A stretch of DNA of 43,685 nucleotides from Candidatus Hydrogenedentota bacterium (GCA_034408725.1 JAWXCN010000198.1:1-43685), one strand, 5' to 3'; shown: positions 24,347 to 34,187, numbered from the stretch's first letter. The notes: a model not told the origin generated them from the sequence alone. Translations and numbers: made by a program.

Positions 24347-27300
24347 GACCGCTCAATCCTACATCGATGTATTGTCCGCCGCCGGTTTGCCGGCAATGGA
24401 CGCTGATGACGTTGCGGCGGCCGGATTGGAAGAGTCCGATCTGACTCGTGACCAATCCGATCCGTTCGTAACCGGTGATATGTCCCTTACGTTGGAGTAA
24501 CGGAGCCCCGTTTACAAAGATCTCGACATCTTCATCGTGATGCAAATCCAACCAGGCGCCACCCGAACCGAAGTCCTTGGGCAGATCAATGGCAGTGCGA
24601 AGCCAAATATTGTTCGTGGACCATTCCGTGCCGAGACGCGCGCCGGGTGTACCGGCAGTGCCGAAACCCGACTTTCCGGCGTCCCATTCCCGGTCATTGA
24701 AATCAGGAAGTTGCCAGCCTTCACCGGGATCGTTCGTGGTGTACCGCCAGGTGTGACCGTCCGCGCCGGTTTTCAAAACCACCTCGAGCCGGTCTGTAAC
24801 GGGATCGAGTATTAGTAGTGGAGCCACTGGTTTGACGGTTCCATCGGCAAGTTCGATCAATAGCATCGGGTTCCAGGGCCAACTGCCCATGCTTCGTCCA
24901 TACAGTGCAAGGCCACCGGGATATTTCGCATCGGGCTTTACTTCGAACCGTATCGCGACGGGTTTTCTTTTCTTTGCGGCGCGCTTCAATGTTTCGAGCG
25001 CGTCATCCTTGAATGGAAGATCGTAGACACCCCCATAGGAGCCGTGGTGATACGCGGCGACGTGCGATAGCACGCCGCGGGCATCGGCTGGATCGATTGG
25101 AGCGGTGATCATACCGAGTTGAATGTCATCCAATGTAACCGTAATCGATGAAGGAGACAGTTTGGTATCGGTCTGCGGGTAGTCCTGCGGATTCTTACGG
25201 GACGGCCAATCCAGTCGCTCGTCACCGGCTTTCGCGGCGACCTCGGCATACAACTTCGCGCCAACGATCGTGTCGGGTTTCAGGTCCTTTGGCAAGCGCA
25301 AGTGATACTCGATAAAACCCGTTCCTTCGCGATATACCTTGTCGGCGCGGGGAAAGATCATTGGCTCATTGTCTTTGTAGCTTGCTTCTGAGAAGGAGTC
25401 TACTGGAAAGATCAGTGCGAGTAGGTTGTCACTGTCGAACGCCGGTCCGCCGGGAATCTGCACGACGCAATAGTTGGCGGCGACGCGCTTTCCTTCGTGC
25501 AATATTTCCGCCACTACGTTCAGCAGTCCCTCACCTTGCGGTGCAGTAAAGACGAACGGCGCCTGGGATGTCACACGGTAGAGGGGAACATCAATCGGCC
25601 GTTCATCGGGTTGTATCCATTGCGACCACTTTTTCCGGTCGACCGTTTCTCCATCGACGGAAATGCGAAGGACAAGCCCGCTCAATTCAGACCAATGGCT
25701 GATTGAAACCGGAATCTCAACGGTATCACCGGGCTTGACGACTTGAAATGGGGGACAATCCAGCACCGGAAAATCCGCGGCTTGCAGATCGGCGACAGAT
25801 ATATTCGCAGGGTAATTAAATGTCTTTGGGGTGCGGTCATAGTTGACGAATCCGTTGTGTTCCCACTCGATATCTGAAAGTTCCGTGTACACATAGCCGA
25901 CGCACTTTTCATGCTTGCGCAACAGGTTCGTGAGAAACAGGAAGACCCATGAAATATCGCGGTCTCCCGAGCCGGCACTTACGCCTCCATATTCTGAATT
26001 TATCAAAGGAGCGGTGCTCTGTTTCCATCCGGCTGCATAGTTGAACGCGCTTCCTGGAAATGTCTTGCCCACCACGTCTTGAATGTGATCGCGCGCAGCC
26101 GGGAACTGGTCAATATAGAAGTGCCACGAGTTGATATCGGTCTCGACGTGGTCGTAGTAGCAAGGTGAATTGTCTTCCACCAGCCGCGTTGGATCGAGTT
26201 GTTTTGCCTTTAGATACATCTCCCGCACCCATTCCTGGGTATCACGGTCGTAGCCTTTGTCGCCGATTCCCCAGGTTTCATTGAAGAGGACCCATGCGAA
26301 AATACTCGGATGATTGAAATCGCGCGCGATTTGGGCCGACATCGTATTTTCCCATGCAGTCCGCGAGCGGTCCGATTTGGTCCACCAGTTTGGCGTATCG
26401 GCCATGAGCAATACGCCCAGTTTATCCGCCCAATACAGCGCGCGAGGCTCTTCGACCTTAATGTGAATGCGAAGCATATTGAGGCCAAGCGACTTTGCGA
26501 GTTCATAGTCGCGCCGGATGTAGTCGTCATTAGGGTGGGTATAAATTCCTTCGGGATTGAAAGATTGATGCAGCGCGCCTCGAAGATAAACGGGCTTGTT
26601 GTTCAACAGAATATATTCGTAATCGCTGCCCATGTAAGTTCCGCGCGAAATCTTCCGCATGCCGAAATAAGTCTGAACGGAATCAAGAATTTCGCCGTCG
26701 CGCATTAGAGTGATGTTCGTGTCGTATAGCGCAGGCGTGTCTGGCGTCCATAGTTCCGGATCGGGAACAGGTAGGTCGATGCCGAGTGTGTTGTCGCCCG
26801 CGATCAATTTCGCGGCCTGTACTACTGAGTGTGTCTTGTCACCGCATGTAGCACGGATGCCAATCTCATATCGTCCGTCCGTCTGTGCGCGCACAGGAAC
26901 GCGGAACAGCGTGGAGGCGGTGTCAATATCGGGTAGGATGCTGACGGGAAGGAGTTGCGAGGCGCCGCGGGATTCAAGATAAACGGTTTGCCAGATGCCG
27001 CCCGTGCGCGTGTACCAACCAATTTGCTTTCCTGTTGGAAGGTCGCCATCCGTGTGGTCAACGGCACGCACAGTCAGCCGGGCAGAATTGCCAGGGCGGA
27101 CAACGTCAGTGATATCCACGGAGAACGGTGTATATCCACCTTCGTGTTGGACCACTTGATCGCCGTTAATCCAAACAATCGCCGACCAATCTATCGCTCC
27201 GAAGGTGAGAAATATTCGCGGGCCGGCGTCTGGAGGAATGTTGATCTGCCGTTCGTACCAGGCGACTCCATTGTATTCCGTGTCGTGAATGCCTGAAAGT

Positions 27301-27530
27301 TCACTTTGCCAGGGAAAAGGAACTGTAATTTCTTTCGTGTACTCGTGCTTGACGAACCATTGATCCTTCATTCCGGCGTTGTCCGGATCGAAGTCGAATT
27401 TCCACGGGCCGTTCAGGTTTATCCAAGGGCGGGCCCAATCGGGACGCGGATGGTCGCTCAGCGGAAGCCAACCATCCGCGAATACTGGAACGGTCGCGAA
27501 AAGGGCGATACACAAAGCCCGAACGGTCAT
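24336..27530 (-). CDS. Secreted glycoside hydrolase family 2 with extra C-terminal beta-sandwich domains
   Basis: HPRPDWAR..W.NLNG.W.F, H.GGYTPF, GKQ, GIWQTVYLE, YFGMRKI, LFNETWG (acid/base), NSEYGG (nucleophile). C-terminal WRYTT..P...W..PDFND..W domain. Confidence 0.92.
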   Translation of the reverse strand: MTVRALCIALFATVPVFADGWLPLSDHPRPDWARPWINLNGPWKFDFDPDNAGMKDQWFVKHEYTKEITVPFPWQSELSGIHDTEYNGVAWYERQINIPPDAGPRIFLTFGAIDWSAIVWINGDQVVQHEGGYTPFSVDITDVVRPGNSARLTVRAVDHTDGDLPTGKQIGWYTRTGGIWQTVYLESRGASQLLPVSILPDIDTASTLFRVPVRAQTDGRYEIGIRATCGDKTHSVVQAAKLIAGDNTLGIDLPVPDPELWTPDTPALYDTNITLMRDGEILDSVQTYFGMRKISRGTYMGSDYEYILLNNKPVYLRGALHQSFNPEGIYTHPNDDYIRRDYELAKSLGLNMLRIHIKVEEPRALYWADKLGVLLMADTPNWWTKSDRSRTAWENTMSAQIARDFNHPSIFAWVLFNETWGIGDKGYDRDTQEWVREMYLKAKQLDPTRLVEDNSPCYYDHVETDINSWHFYIDQFPAARDHIQDVVGKTFPGSAFNYAAGWKQSTAPLINSEYGGVSAGSGDRDISWVFLFLTNLLRKHEKCVGYVYTELSDIEWEHNGFVNYDRTPKTFNYPANISVADLQAADFPVLDCPPFQVVKPGDTVEIPVSISHWSELSGLVLRISVDGETVDRKKWSQWIQPDERPIDVPLYRVTSQAPFVFTAPQGEGLLNVVAEILHEGKRVAANYCVVQIPGGPAFDSDNLLALIFPVDSFSEASYKDNEPMIFPRADKVYREGTGFIEYHLRLPKDLKPDTIVGAKLYAEVAAKAGDERLDWPSRKNPQDYPQTDTKLSPSSITVTLDDIQLGMITAPIDPADARGVLSHVAAYHHGSYGGVYDLPFKDDALETLKRAAKKRKPVAIRFEVKPDAKYPGGLALYGRSMGSWPWNPMLLIELADGTVKPVAPLLILDPVTDRLEVVLKTGADGHTWRYTTNDPGEGWQLPDFNDREWDAGKSGFGTAGTPGARLGTEWSTNNIWLRTAIDLPKDFGSGGAWLDLHHDEDVEIFVNGAPLLQRKGHITGYERIGLVTSQIGLFQSGRRNVISVHCRQTGGGQYIDVGLSGLGK

Positions 27531-27566
27531 GAAAAACTCCGGTACAGGTGTGCGGCCAAGCTTGTT

Positions 27567-27595
27567 ATCCTAGTGACCATTCGATGTTCAGTCAA
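27567..27595 (-). promoter_or_regulatory. Putative promoter of the GH2-to-queG operon
   Basis: Minus strand TTGACT (27595-27590), 17-nt spacer, TAGGAT (27572-27567). Confidence 0.55.
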
Positions 27596-27616
27596 CCCGA
27601 AGTGAAAGAGTGAGGA

Positions 27617-29341
27617 ATGGCAGAGTCCGTCCCGGCGTCCACCATACCGCTTATCCGCATGCACATTATTGTCGCGACGATTGCGGCAAGCGGGTTGGCA
27701 TATTCATTCCATTTTTCGACGTTTTTGCACGCAAAAGTCCTCGCGCTTGCAGCCGGACTTTTAATACTTGGCGTGATGCCGGCTGGCGGCGCTGTTCGAT
27801 GGGGGATAGATCGGCTGTGGCCGCTCCTCGTGCTTGTCTTCGTCCAGTTTCTATTGGCAGTTCCGGCATTTGTTGCGGGATCGCCGCCATCGGCTCAGTT
27901 GCTCACATCCGCTGCCTTGATCGTGTTCGCATGGAACGCGTATCCCCTTTTCGATAGTGAGGAGAATCGTTCGCGCATCAGTTCGGCAATCATCGGGACG
28001 GCGGCCATCGCGAGTGTATTGGGTATTGCCCAATACACAAACCTGTTGAACTTTCTTTTTCCCCGCTTTCCCGGGGCTGCCCCGATGTATTCCGTATTCG
28101 GCAATCCGGGACTCCTCGGCGGCTACGTCGCGATGGCGATTCCGTTATTACTCGTCCGTTATGCGGAACGAGAGCGCATTCGCCCTCTCGAAATTATTGC
28201 GCTGTCATTGCTCACCTGCGCGCTGTTGCTTTCTGGTGCGCGCACCGCATGGCTCGCTTGCGCAGTTGGTTGCTTTGTGGCCATGTGGCCGTTGGCGGTA
28301 AAACCAGCGCGATTGATCATTCTCGCAATACCGCTTTTGCTGGTGTCAGTGCTGTGCGTCGTGTTCGCGCCGGAACAAACTATCGTGCGGGCCGCAAAAA
28401 CGCTGAGCGCCGCGGATGCCGGGCCGCACCTTCGATGGTGGTTCTGGGCGGGCACATTCGAGATGATACGCGATCACATGTTCTTTGGCGTGGGTATGGG
28501 AAATTTTGTACGCGAAGCGCCCCAGTATCTTGGCGACGTGCTGTGGGCGCCCGGCGGGGAACGCTATACGCACAACAACTTGCTGACAGAGCATCCACAC
28601 AACGAGATTCTAATGATATGGGCCGAGACAGGATTATTTGGCCTCATCATGTTTGGATGGCTACTGTTTAGCTTGTTTCGGTGTCGCGGGCCGGAGTGGG
28701 GAGGGCTAACGGCGCTCCTTGTGTTCAGTTTGTTCAATTATCCATTTCATTGCGTCGCGCACGCACTGTCAGGGCTACTGCTGACTGCCTGTCTTTTGAA
28801 CCGCCATGCCATACCAACGGTTGGACACGTGAACCCAATGGCGTCCAGAATAGCAAGCTTCGTGACAAGCATTGCGATTGCATCGAGTCTCATTTATTTC
28901 ATAGTGCTGCCAAGTCACGCTTTGCGCGCCGCACAGACGGAGCACATAGAAGGGCGGTCCTCGCTCGAGTTATACAAACGGGCCATTGCGATTCGTCCGG
29001 GCTGTTCGGAGTCCCACGAAGCCTATGGCATTGCCCTGCTTGATGCCGGGGACTTCGAGAACGCCCGCGATCAGTTCAGGCTCGCCTTGCGCGGTTCGGA
29101 TGCCGGCTCAATTCATCTTGGATTGGGTCTGGCCGAAATGAAGTGTGGAGACAGCGCCGCCGCCCGCGAGGCTCTACGCGCCTGCGTTCACCGATGGCCG
29201 TCGCACGTGGATGCGTGGCGCCTGCTGATTTCGGTGACACCCGTGGAAGAACGTGCCGAGTGCTTGCAACGGGCTGAACGATTCCTGACGCGCGATCAAG
29301 TCGGCGAGTTGCGCGCGCCGCTACAACTCAACTCCAGGTGA
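27617..29341 (+). CDS. O-antigen ligase-like (Wzy_C) membrane protein with C-terminal TPRs
   Basis: Multiple TM helices. S.FGNPG, SGARTAW, R...W..T..MI.DH...GVG.GNF, HPHNE.L..WAE.G..G. TPR-like tail. Confidence 0.85.
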   Translation: MAESVPASTIPLIRMHIIVATIAASGLAYSFHFSTFLHAKVLALAAGLLILGVMPAGGAVRWGIDRLWPLLVLVFVQFLLAVPAFVAGSPPSAQLLTSAALIVFAWNAYPLFDSEENRSRISSAIIGTAAIASVLGIAQYTNLLNFLFPRFPGAAPMYSVFGNPGLLGGYVAMAIPLLLVRYAERERIRPLEIIALSLLTCALLLSGARTAWLACAVGCFVAMWPLAVKPARLIILAIPLLLVSVLCVVFAPEQTIVRAAKTLSAADAGPHLRWWFWAGTFEMIRDHMFFGVGMGNFVREAPQYLGDVLWAPGGERYTHNNLLTEHPHNEILMIWAETGLFGLIMFGWLLFSLFRCRGPEWGGLTALLVFSLFNYPFHCVAHALSGLLLTACLLNRHAIPTVGHVNPMASRIASFVTSIAIASSLIYFIVLPSHALRAAQTEHIEGRSSLELYKRAIAIRPGCSESHEAYGIALLDAGDFENARDQFRLALRGSDAGSIHLGLGLAEMKCGDSAAAREALRACVHRWPSHVDAWRLLISVTPVEERAECLQRAERFLTRDQVGELRAPLQLNSR

Positions 29342-29377
29342 TGACGTGAAACACGCTCCGCCACGTAACTACGCGCG

Positions 29378-30844
29378 TTAATTCACAACCTGCGGTACCA
29401 ATATACCGCAAGAATCGGCGTGAAAATAGGCGCCTGTTGACCCGTATACGAACAACTCATAGATGGCATCCGTCCGCACGTCTACCGGAATCTGATACGG
29501 GGGAGAGGTTGATTCGCCCATCACTGTTTTATCCAACATAACGATTGCGCGCAGCGCATCTTTTGCGTCGGTAGCTTTTATCTCGATCACCATGCGCTGA
29601 CCAACATAATCGAGCCAAGTGGAACCCGTGGTCTGCCATTTCACCGCGCAGGATTCATCTGCTTCGCCGTTGAAGATTGGATACCGGCCGGGTGACGCCA
29701 ATGCGGAAAGGCTGGATTGGTATTGCATAATCGCGGGAAACTGAAGAATCGGTTGCACGCCCGCCGCCAAAGCGAAAGCGCCAAGCCCCGCGATGAACGG
29801 CGCGATGCCTTGTAGTACCCAGAGCCCCAAACTTCGCGTGATGGATTCTCGCCCGATTACGATGATTGCCGCCAGCGCGCAGAGGGCCGGCGCTGCAATG
29901 GCATAGAGCAACCAGCTCAACGGGGCCCACATCGCGAGATAGCTCACGGAAGCCAGCATGATGCCCGCGCCAACAGCGCTGCTTCGCGTCAATGGGCGCG
30001 CATTCATTAAATGAAACGCCAATAAAAGGCTCATCGGCCAGACTACGAGAAGAGCGCCGGCCGTGATCAAGCGAGGTATGAGCAAGTGTTGCGCGAGTAC
30101 GCCGTACACCGAGTCGAACATTAACACGGCTTCACCCTGCTGCATGCGCCGTATTTGAATAAATGTGAGGTAAACGCTGGCGCTTACTGCCGCAACTGTA
30201 AATAGCCCGCCGGTCAGGGTGAACAGCCATCGTTTGCTGGCGTGTCCAACGGGATGAGCACCTGGTTTTGCATCCGCGTCACCGCTTGTGATCAATGCAT
30301 GACATTGCCAACATCGCTCGAATTCATCGCTGTTTTGAGCGCCGCAATTTGCGCAGATGCGATATGGACTCAGGTCAATTCCGCTATCGCTGTCCCGTAA
30401 ACGCAGGTTCTCGCGCGGACTGTCCGGCGACGGCGAGCGCAGGCGCTGGACTGATCGGGCCGCAAGTGGATGGGCCGGATTGATGGCGACGATCTTTTCC
30501 CAGGCCCGCGCGGCTTCCGCATTTTTTCCGGCGACCTCGAATACGCGCGCGAGCTGTTCCCACACGGCGATTTCGTCTGGCCACAATCGCGTGATTTCCT
30601 GCAATTCTGAAACCGCCTCGTCGTATCGGCCCAGCCGGTAATATGTGGCGGCGAGGTAACGGAGGACATTCAGGCGGCGCGCCCAGTTCTTTTTGAGGAT
30701 GAGCAAATGTTTCAGGGCGTCGTTGTATTCCCACGCCATGTACAACTTCTTCGCAAGCGTCCACCGGCGGTTGTAATCATCGGGATGTATGACAACGTAA
30801 TGCGTAAGGCCGCTAAGATCGCTATGTTCCGCGCCTTGTCCCAC
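29378..30844 (-). CDS. TPR plus zinc-ribbon multi-pass membrane protein
   Basis: Start re-assigned to GTG 30844, after the small upstream gene. TPRs (YLAATYYRLGRYDEA, QLARVFE..G...EA..AW), CANCGAQN....ERCWQC Zn ribbon, several TM helices, soluble C-terminus. Confidence 0.75.
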   Translation of the reverse strand: MGQGAEHSDLSGLTHYVVIHPDDYNRRWTLAKKLYMAWEYNDALKHLLILKKNWARRLNVLRYLAATYYRLGRYDEAVSELQEITRLWPDEIAVWEQLARVFEVAGKNAEAARAWEKIVAINPAHPLAARSVQRLRSPSPDSPRENLRLRDSDSGIDLSPYRICANCGAQNSDEFERCWQCHALITSGDADAKPGAHPVGHASKRWLFTLTGGLFTVAAVSASVYLTFIQIRRMQQGEAVLMFDSVYGVLAQHLLIPRLITAGALLVVWPMSLLLAFHLMNARPLTRSSAVGAGIMLASVSYLAMWAPLSWLLYAIAAPALCALAAIIVIGRESITRSLGLWVLQGIAPFIAGLGAFALAAGVQPILQFPAIMQYQSSLSALASPGRYPIFNGEADESCAVKWQTTGSTWLDYVGQRMVIEIKATDAKDALRAIVMLDKTVMGESTSPPYQIPVDVRTDAIYELFVYGSTGAYFHADSCGILVPQVVN

Positions 30845-30851
30845 GACTCCA

Positions 30852-31115
30852 TCATTTCCTGTTCTTGTTCGGCGTCTTTGCGGCGGAGCGTTTTCGAGCG
30901 GCGTTGCGTTGAATGATTGTGTTTGCGGCAAACGTGATGACCGCCGACCCCATTGTGGCGAAGACCAGGCCGATACCGGCGGGTACATCCCAGGAATGGT
31001 GTTCCTCGACCAATCGATTTGCGAGATAGATCGACGGACCCAGCAGAACTGCCGATGTTGCTGCCCAAAATCCCCACCCGGCTGCTTCGAGCCTGAATGC
31101 TTTTGCTTTCGCCAT
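30852..31115 (-). CDS. Small hypothetical membrane protein (two TM helices, basic tail)
   Basis: ATG 2 nt after the kinase stop. Two hydrophobic segments. Fills the operon gap. Confidence 0.7.
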   Translation of the reverse strand: MAKAKAFRLEAAGWGFWAATSAVLLGPSIYLANRLVEEHHSWDVPAGIGLVFATMGSAVITFAANTIIQRNAARKRSAAKTPNKNRK

Positions 31116-31117
31116 TG

Positions 31118-32383
31118 TTATTTCTGTTCCCCTGTATCCTGCGGCAACACCATGCGAAACAACGCTCCGCCCTCGGGTGCGCGTGAAACACTGATTTGTC
31201 CGCCGTGCTCGACGACTATTTTCTGCGTCACGGCAAGTCCCAAACCGGTGCCCTGGGATCCTTTTGTCGAGAAGAATGGGTCAAAGATTTGGCGCGCCAA
31301 ATCTTCTGGGACTCCCGCGCCGTTGTCCGCAACTTCCACTACCATTGCGCCGGATTCCGCTGTCATCGCCGTGATTCGGATTTCGCCACCTTCGCGCGGT
31401 ACCGCATCCGCCGCATTCGTGACCAGATTCAATAAGCAGCGATACATTCCACGCTGGTCGGCGGCGAGTTCTCCCTTGACCCCATCGGTATGGACAAGAA
31501 CATTGATGCGCTTGCGCGTGATGGTGCCGGTAACCGTTTCGCACACGTCCCGAATGACGTTTTCGATTTCAAACTTTTCAATGACGGGCACTCGATGCTT
31601 GGAGAACGAGAGCATATCTTCCACAAAAGTCGCGATGCGGTGGGTGCTTCGTTTGAAAATGGGCCAACTGCGCTCGATGAATTCCAAATTATTCTGGGCG
31701 AAACCCTGATCGATGAGATCAACGCTGCCGCTTAGTCCGGTGATGATGTTCTTGGCGTAATGGGAAAGCCCGGCAACGGCTTGGCCAATGGCCGCAAGCC
31801 GTTCCGCCCGGAGGTTTTCATCAATGAGGCGCGCATTGGCGATGGACGTGGCGACGAGTCCCCCGAACATTTCCATTATGTGCATATCGGCGTTTGAAAA
31901 CGCTGCGGCGCCGATCTTATTGACAACTTCAAGCACCCCAATCAACTTGTCCCGATCAACGAGGGGCACGGCGAGCAGTGATCGGGTTTCGAATCCGCTC
32001 GCGTCGTCGGCTTGTTTATAAAAACGTTCGTCTTCCCGGGCATTCGCAATATTGATGGAGGTTCGCTCCAACGCGGCGGCGCCGGCGATGCCTTGGCCGA
32101 GTTTGAGGCGGACTTCCCGCTTCAATGCGCCCTGATCGCCGGTTTGGCCGAGGGCGACTTCAAAATAGAGGTCTTGCGTGATTGAATCATAGAGTATCAA
32201 GGCACAGGCTTCGGCCTTGGCCACCTGCTTGCTTTCGTCCATGATGCCGTGCAGCAAGGTTGGTAGATCGGTCACAAGCGCGACGAGCCGGTGTACGCGG
32301 TACAACACGTCGACGGTGCGCCGCAGGTCGTCCGGCGCTACCTCATGGAGCCAGGCGGCAGTATTGGTAGCTTGTGATGTCAC
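31118..32383 (-). CDS. Cytoplasmic GAF-domain sensor histidine kinase
   Basis: GAF (GQGIAG, D.RF....D..SGFETRSLLAVPL, IGVLEVVNK), H-box LSHYAKN, N-box NLVTNAADA, G1 DNGAG, F IFDPFFSTK, G2 GTGLGL. Likely start GTG 32383, just after the upstream stop. Confidence 0.9.
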   Translation of the reverse strand: MTSQATNTAAWLHEVAPDDLRRTVDVLYRVHRLVALVTDLPTLLHGIMDESKQVAKAEACALILYDSITQDLYFEVALGQTGDQGALKREVRLKLGQGIAGAAALERTSINIANAREDERFYKQADDASGFETRSLLAVPLVDRDKLIGVLEVVNKIGAAAFSNADMHIMEMFGGLVATSIANARLIDENLRAERLAAIGQAVAGLSHYAKNIITGLSGSVDLIDQGFAQNNLEFIERSWPIFKRSTHRIATFVEDMLSFSKHRVPVIEKFEIENVIRDVCETVTGTITRKRINVLVHTDGVKGELAADQRGMYRCLLNLVTNAADAVPREGGEIRITAMTAESGAMVVEVADNGAGVPEDLARQIFDPFFSTKGSQGTGLGLAVTQKIVVEHGGQISVSRAPEGGALFRMVLPQDTGEQK

Positions 32384-32384
32384 G

Positions 32385-33389
32385 TCAATTCCGGCGTGCC
32401 TGCGCGTCAAGGCTGGATTCAATCGCAGGCAAGGCATGGTAGATCACGTCTCCGATGGCCTGCAAACTCTCCGGGCAAACGCGGTCGATCGAGTCGTCGG
32501 CCGTATGCCACGTCCGGTTGTGTTCCAATGGCGAGCCGCCGTATTCATAGTCAATTAGATTGATGCATTGCACCCCGGCAAACCGAAAAGGGGTGTGATC
32601 ATCCTGGGCCACGGTAGTCTTCGCGAGGAAGTGGCGTTCGTACCGCCGTTCCGCCGCAGTTTTCCAAATCGTGTTCAAGAGCCATGCGGGCGCGCCTGCA
32701 TCTCGAAACACACCCAGATAGCAGTCGCCAATCATATCGACGTTGACGAGCGCATGGAGTGAATCCAGCAATTTCTCGCGGCGGAGGTATCGCACAAACT
32801 CGCGGCTGCCATACAGGCTGTCCGTGTCGGACCATTCCTTGAACGCTTCTTCACCATCGAACCAGATAAGCCATACCGTGCGGCCAGACCGCGCCGGCCC
32901 CAGCGCGCGGGCCATCTCGATCATCCACGCGGTTGTCGATCCACCATCATTGGCGCCGGCGAAATTGATGTCCGGGAGATACTTGGTGTCGTAATGGTTG
33001 CTGATGGCGATGTTGCCGTCCTCGTCGCCCTTGACCACCGCGACCAAATTTACCATCGTGCGTTTGCCAATTGGGGTTTCGGCGTCGAAAGGCAACACCA
33101 TGAGTTCAAGACCCGCCGCTTCCACCTCGGTCCGAATGATCGCGCGCACCTGTTCGGCTTCGGATGATCCCGCGGTTCTGGGTCCGATTGCGACAATCTG
33201 TTTGAGTGTTTCATACGCGCGCGCGCCATCGAATGCATGCGCGCTTTTCCCCGCGGATACGCGCTGCGCCGGGTCTCGCACGGCAAGTCTTTTCAAACCC
33301 AGCGAAATCACGACCAGACTGACAAACACGAAAATTCCGGCAGCGGCGATGAACCGCAGGGACCCTTGTCCGCGAATTGATTTTTTCAT
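32385..33389 (-). CDS. M28 family metalloenzyme resembling animal-type (type II) glutaminyl-peptide cyclotransferase, membrane anchored
   Basis: N-terminal TM helix. HYDTK, GANDG, FDGEEAF..WS..DSLYGSR, DMIG, QDDH.PF, WHT.DD. Confidence 0.85.
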   Translation of the reverse strand: MKKSIRGQGSLRFIAAAGIFVFVSLVVISLGLKRLAVRDPAQRVSAGKSAHAFDGARAYETLKQIVAIGPRTAGSSEAEQVRAIIRTEVEAAGLELMVLPFDAETPIGKRTMVNLVAVVKGDEDGNIAISNHYDTKYLPDINFAGANDGGSTTAWMIEMARALGPARSGRTVWLIWFDGEEAFKEWSDTDSLYGSREFVRYLRREKLLDSLHALVNVDMIGDCYLGVFRDAGAPAWLLNTIWKTAAERRYERHFLAKTTVAQDDHTPFRFAGVQCINLIDYEYGGSPLEHNRTWHTADDSIDRVCPESLQAIGDVIYHALPAIESSLDAQARRN

Positions 33390-34126
33390 GGAACCGGCTG
33401 CGGCGCCTTGGAAAACGTGGACACGTTACCGCAATGCCGGACAACAGCCTGCAATAACCAATCTGGCTGATGCGGGTCACGTTCGGGATGCCATTGCACG
33501 CCTATTTGAAATTCCTTGTCGGGGTGTTCGATCGCCTCGACCAATCCGTCCTCGCTGGTAGCAGCGAGGCGGTAGAGAGGAGGCACGTCGCGAATCCCCT
33601 GGTGGTGGGACGACGTAATCTCGACACGGGAACCCGGCGCGAGGGTGGCCAGTTTTGAACCAGGCTCGATGGATACGTCGTGGCGGTGCAATCTGCTTGG
33701 CGTGCCGTGTATAAGTGAGCCAGGGCGCTGGTCCGGAATGTCCTGAATCATTTTGCCCCCCGCGGCCACATTCATTACCTGCATTCCGAGGCATACTCCC
33801 AACACGGGCTTTTCCATCTCGCTTGCGGTTTCCAGCCAAAGGCGTTCACTATCCCAGCGCGCCATGGGTAAGGCTTCGACCGCAGGATGGGACGGTTCAC
33901 CCAAGACCTCTGGGGGAATATCATTGCCGCCGGACAGAATGATTCCATCGATTCGGCCCAAAAGAGTTTTACAAAGCGAATCTGACGCCAAGGGAAGAAT
34001 TACCGGTACGCCTCCCGCCTTGACGACGGCATCGCAGTAGCTGGTCAGGAGACGGTTGCTGTTCCATTCGCGCCCCTGATTTGTCTCGACAATGAGGTCG
34101 CTCGTGATTCCAATTACAGGCTTCAT
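33386..34126 (-). CDS. Gamma-glutamyl-gamma-aminobutyrate hydrolase family (peptidase C26, class I glutamine amidotransferase-like)
   Basis: KPVIGIT, AGG.PVILP, DGIILSGG.DI.P, PVLGVCLGMQ (nucleophile Cys), SHHQG, GVQWHPE. Confidence 0.9.
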   Translation of the reverse strand: MKPVIGITSDLIVETNQGREWNSNRLLTSYCDAVVKAGGVPVILPLASDSLCKTLLGRIDGIILSGGNDIPPEVLGEPSHPAVEALPMARWDSERLWLETASEMEKPVLGVCLGMQVMNVAAGGKMIQDIPDQRPGSLIHGTPSRLHRHDVSIEPGSKLATLAPGSRVEITSSHHQGIRDVPPLYRLAATSEDGLVEAIEHPDKEFQIGVQWHPERDPHQPDWLLQAVVRHCGNVSTFSKAPQPVP

Positions 34127-34163
34127 CGGTGTTTAACTCATTTTATTACATATACTTAAAGGA

Positions 34164-34187
34164 ATGTCATTTTTGCGAAAACGACAT
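34164..34187. promoter_or_regulatory. 24-bp near-palindrome, candidate operator in a divergent intergenic region
   Basis: ATGTCATTTTTGCGAAAACGACAT: 10 of 12 symmetric pairs match. Confidence 0.45.
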
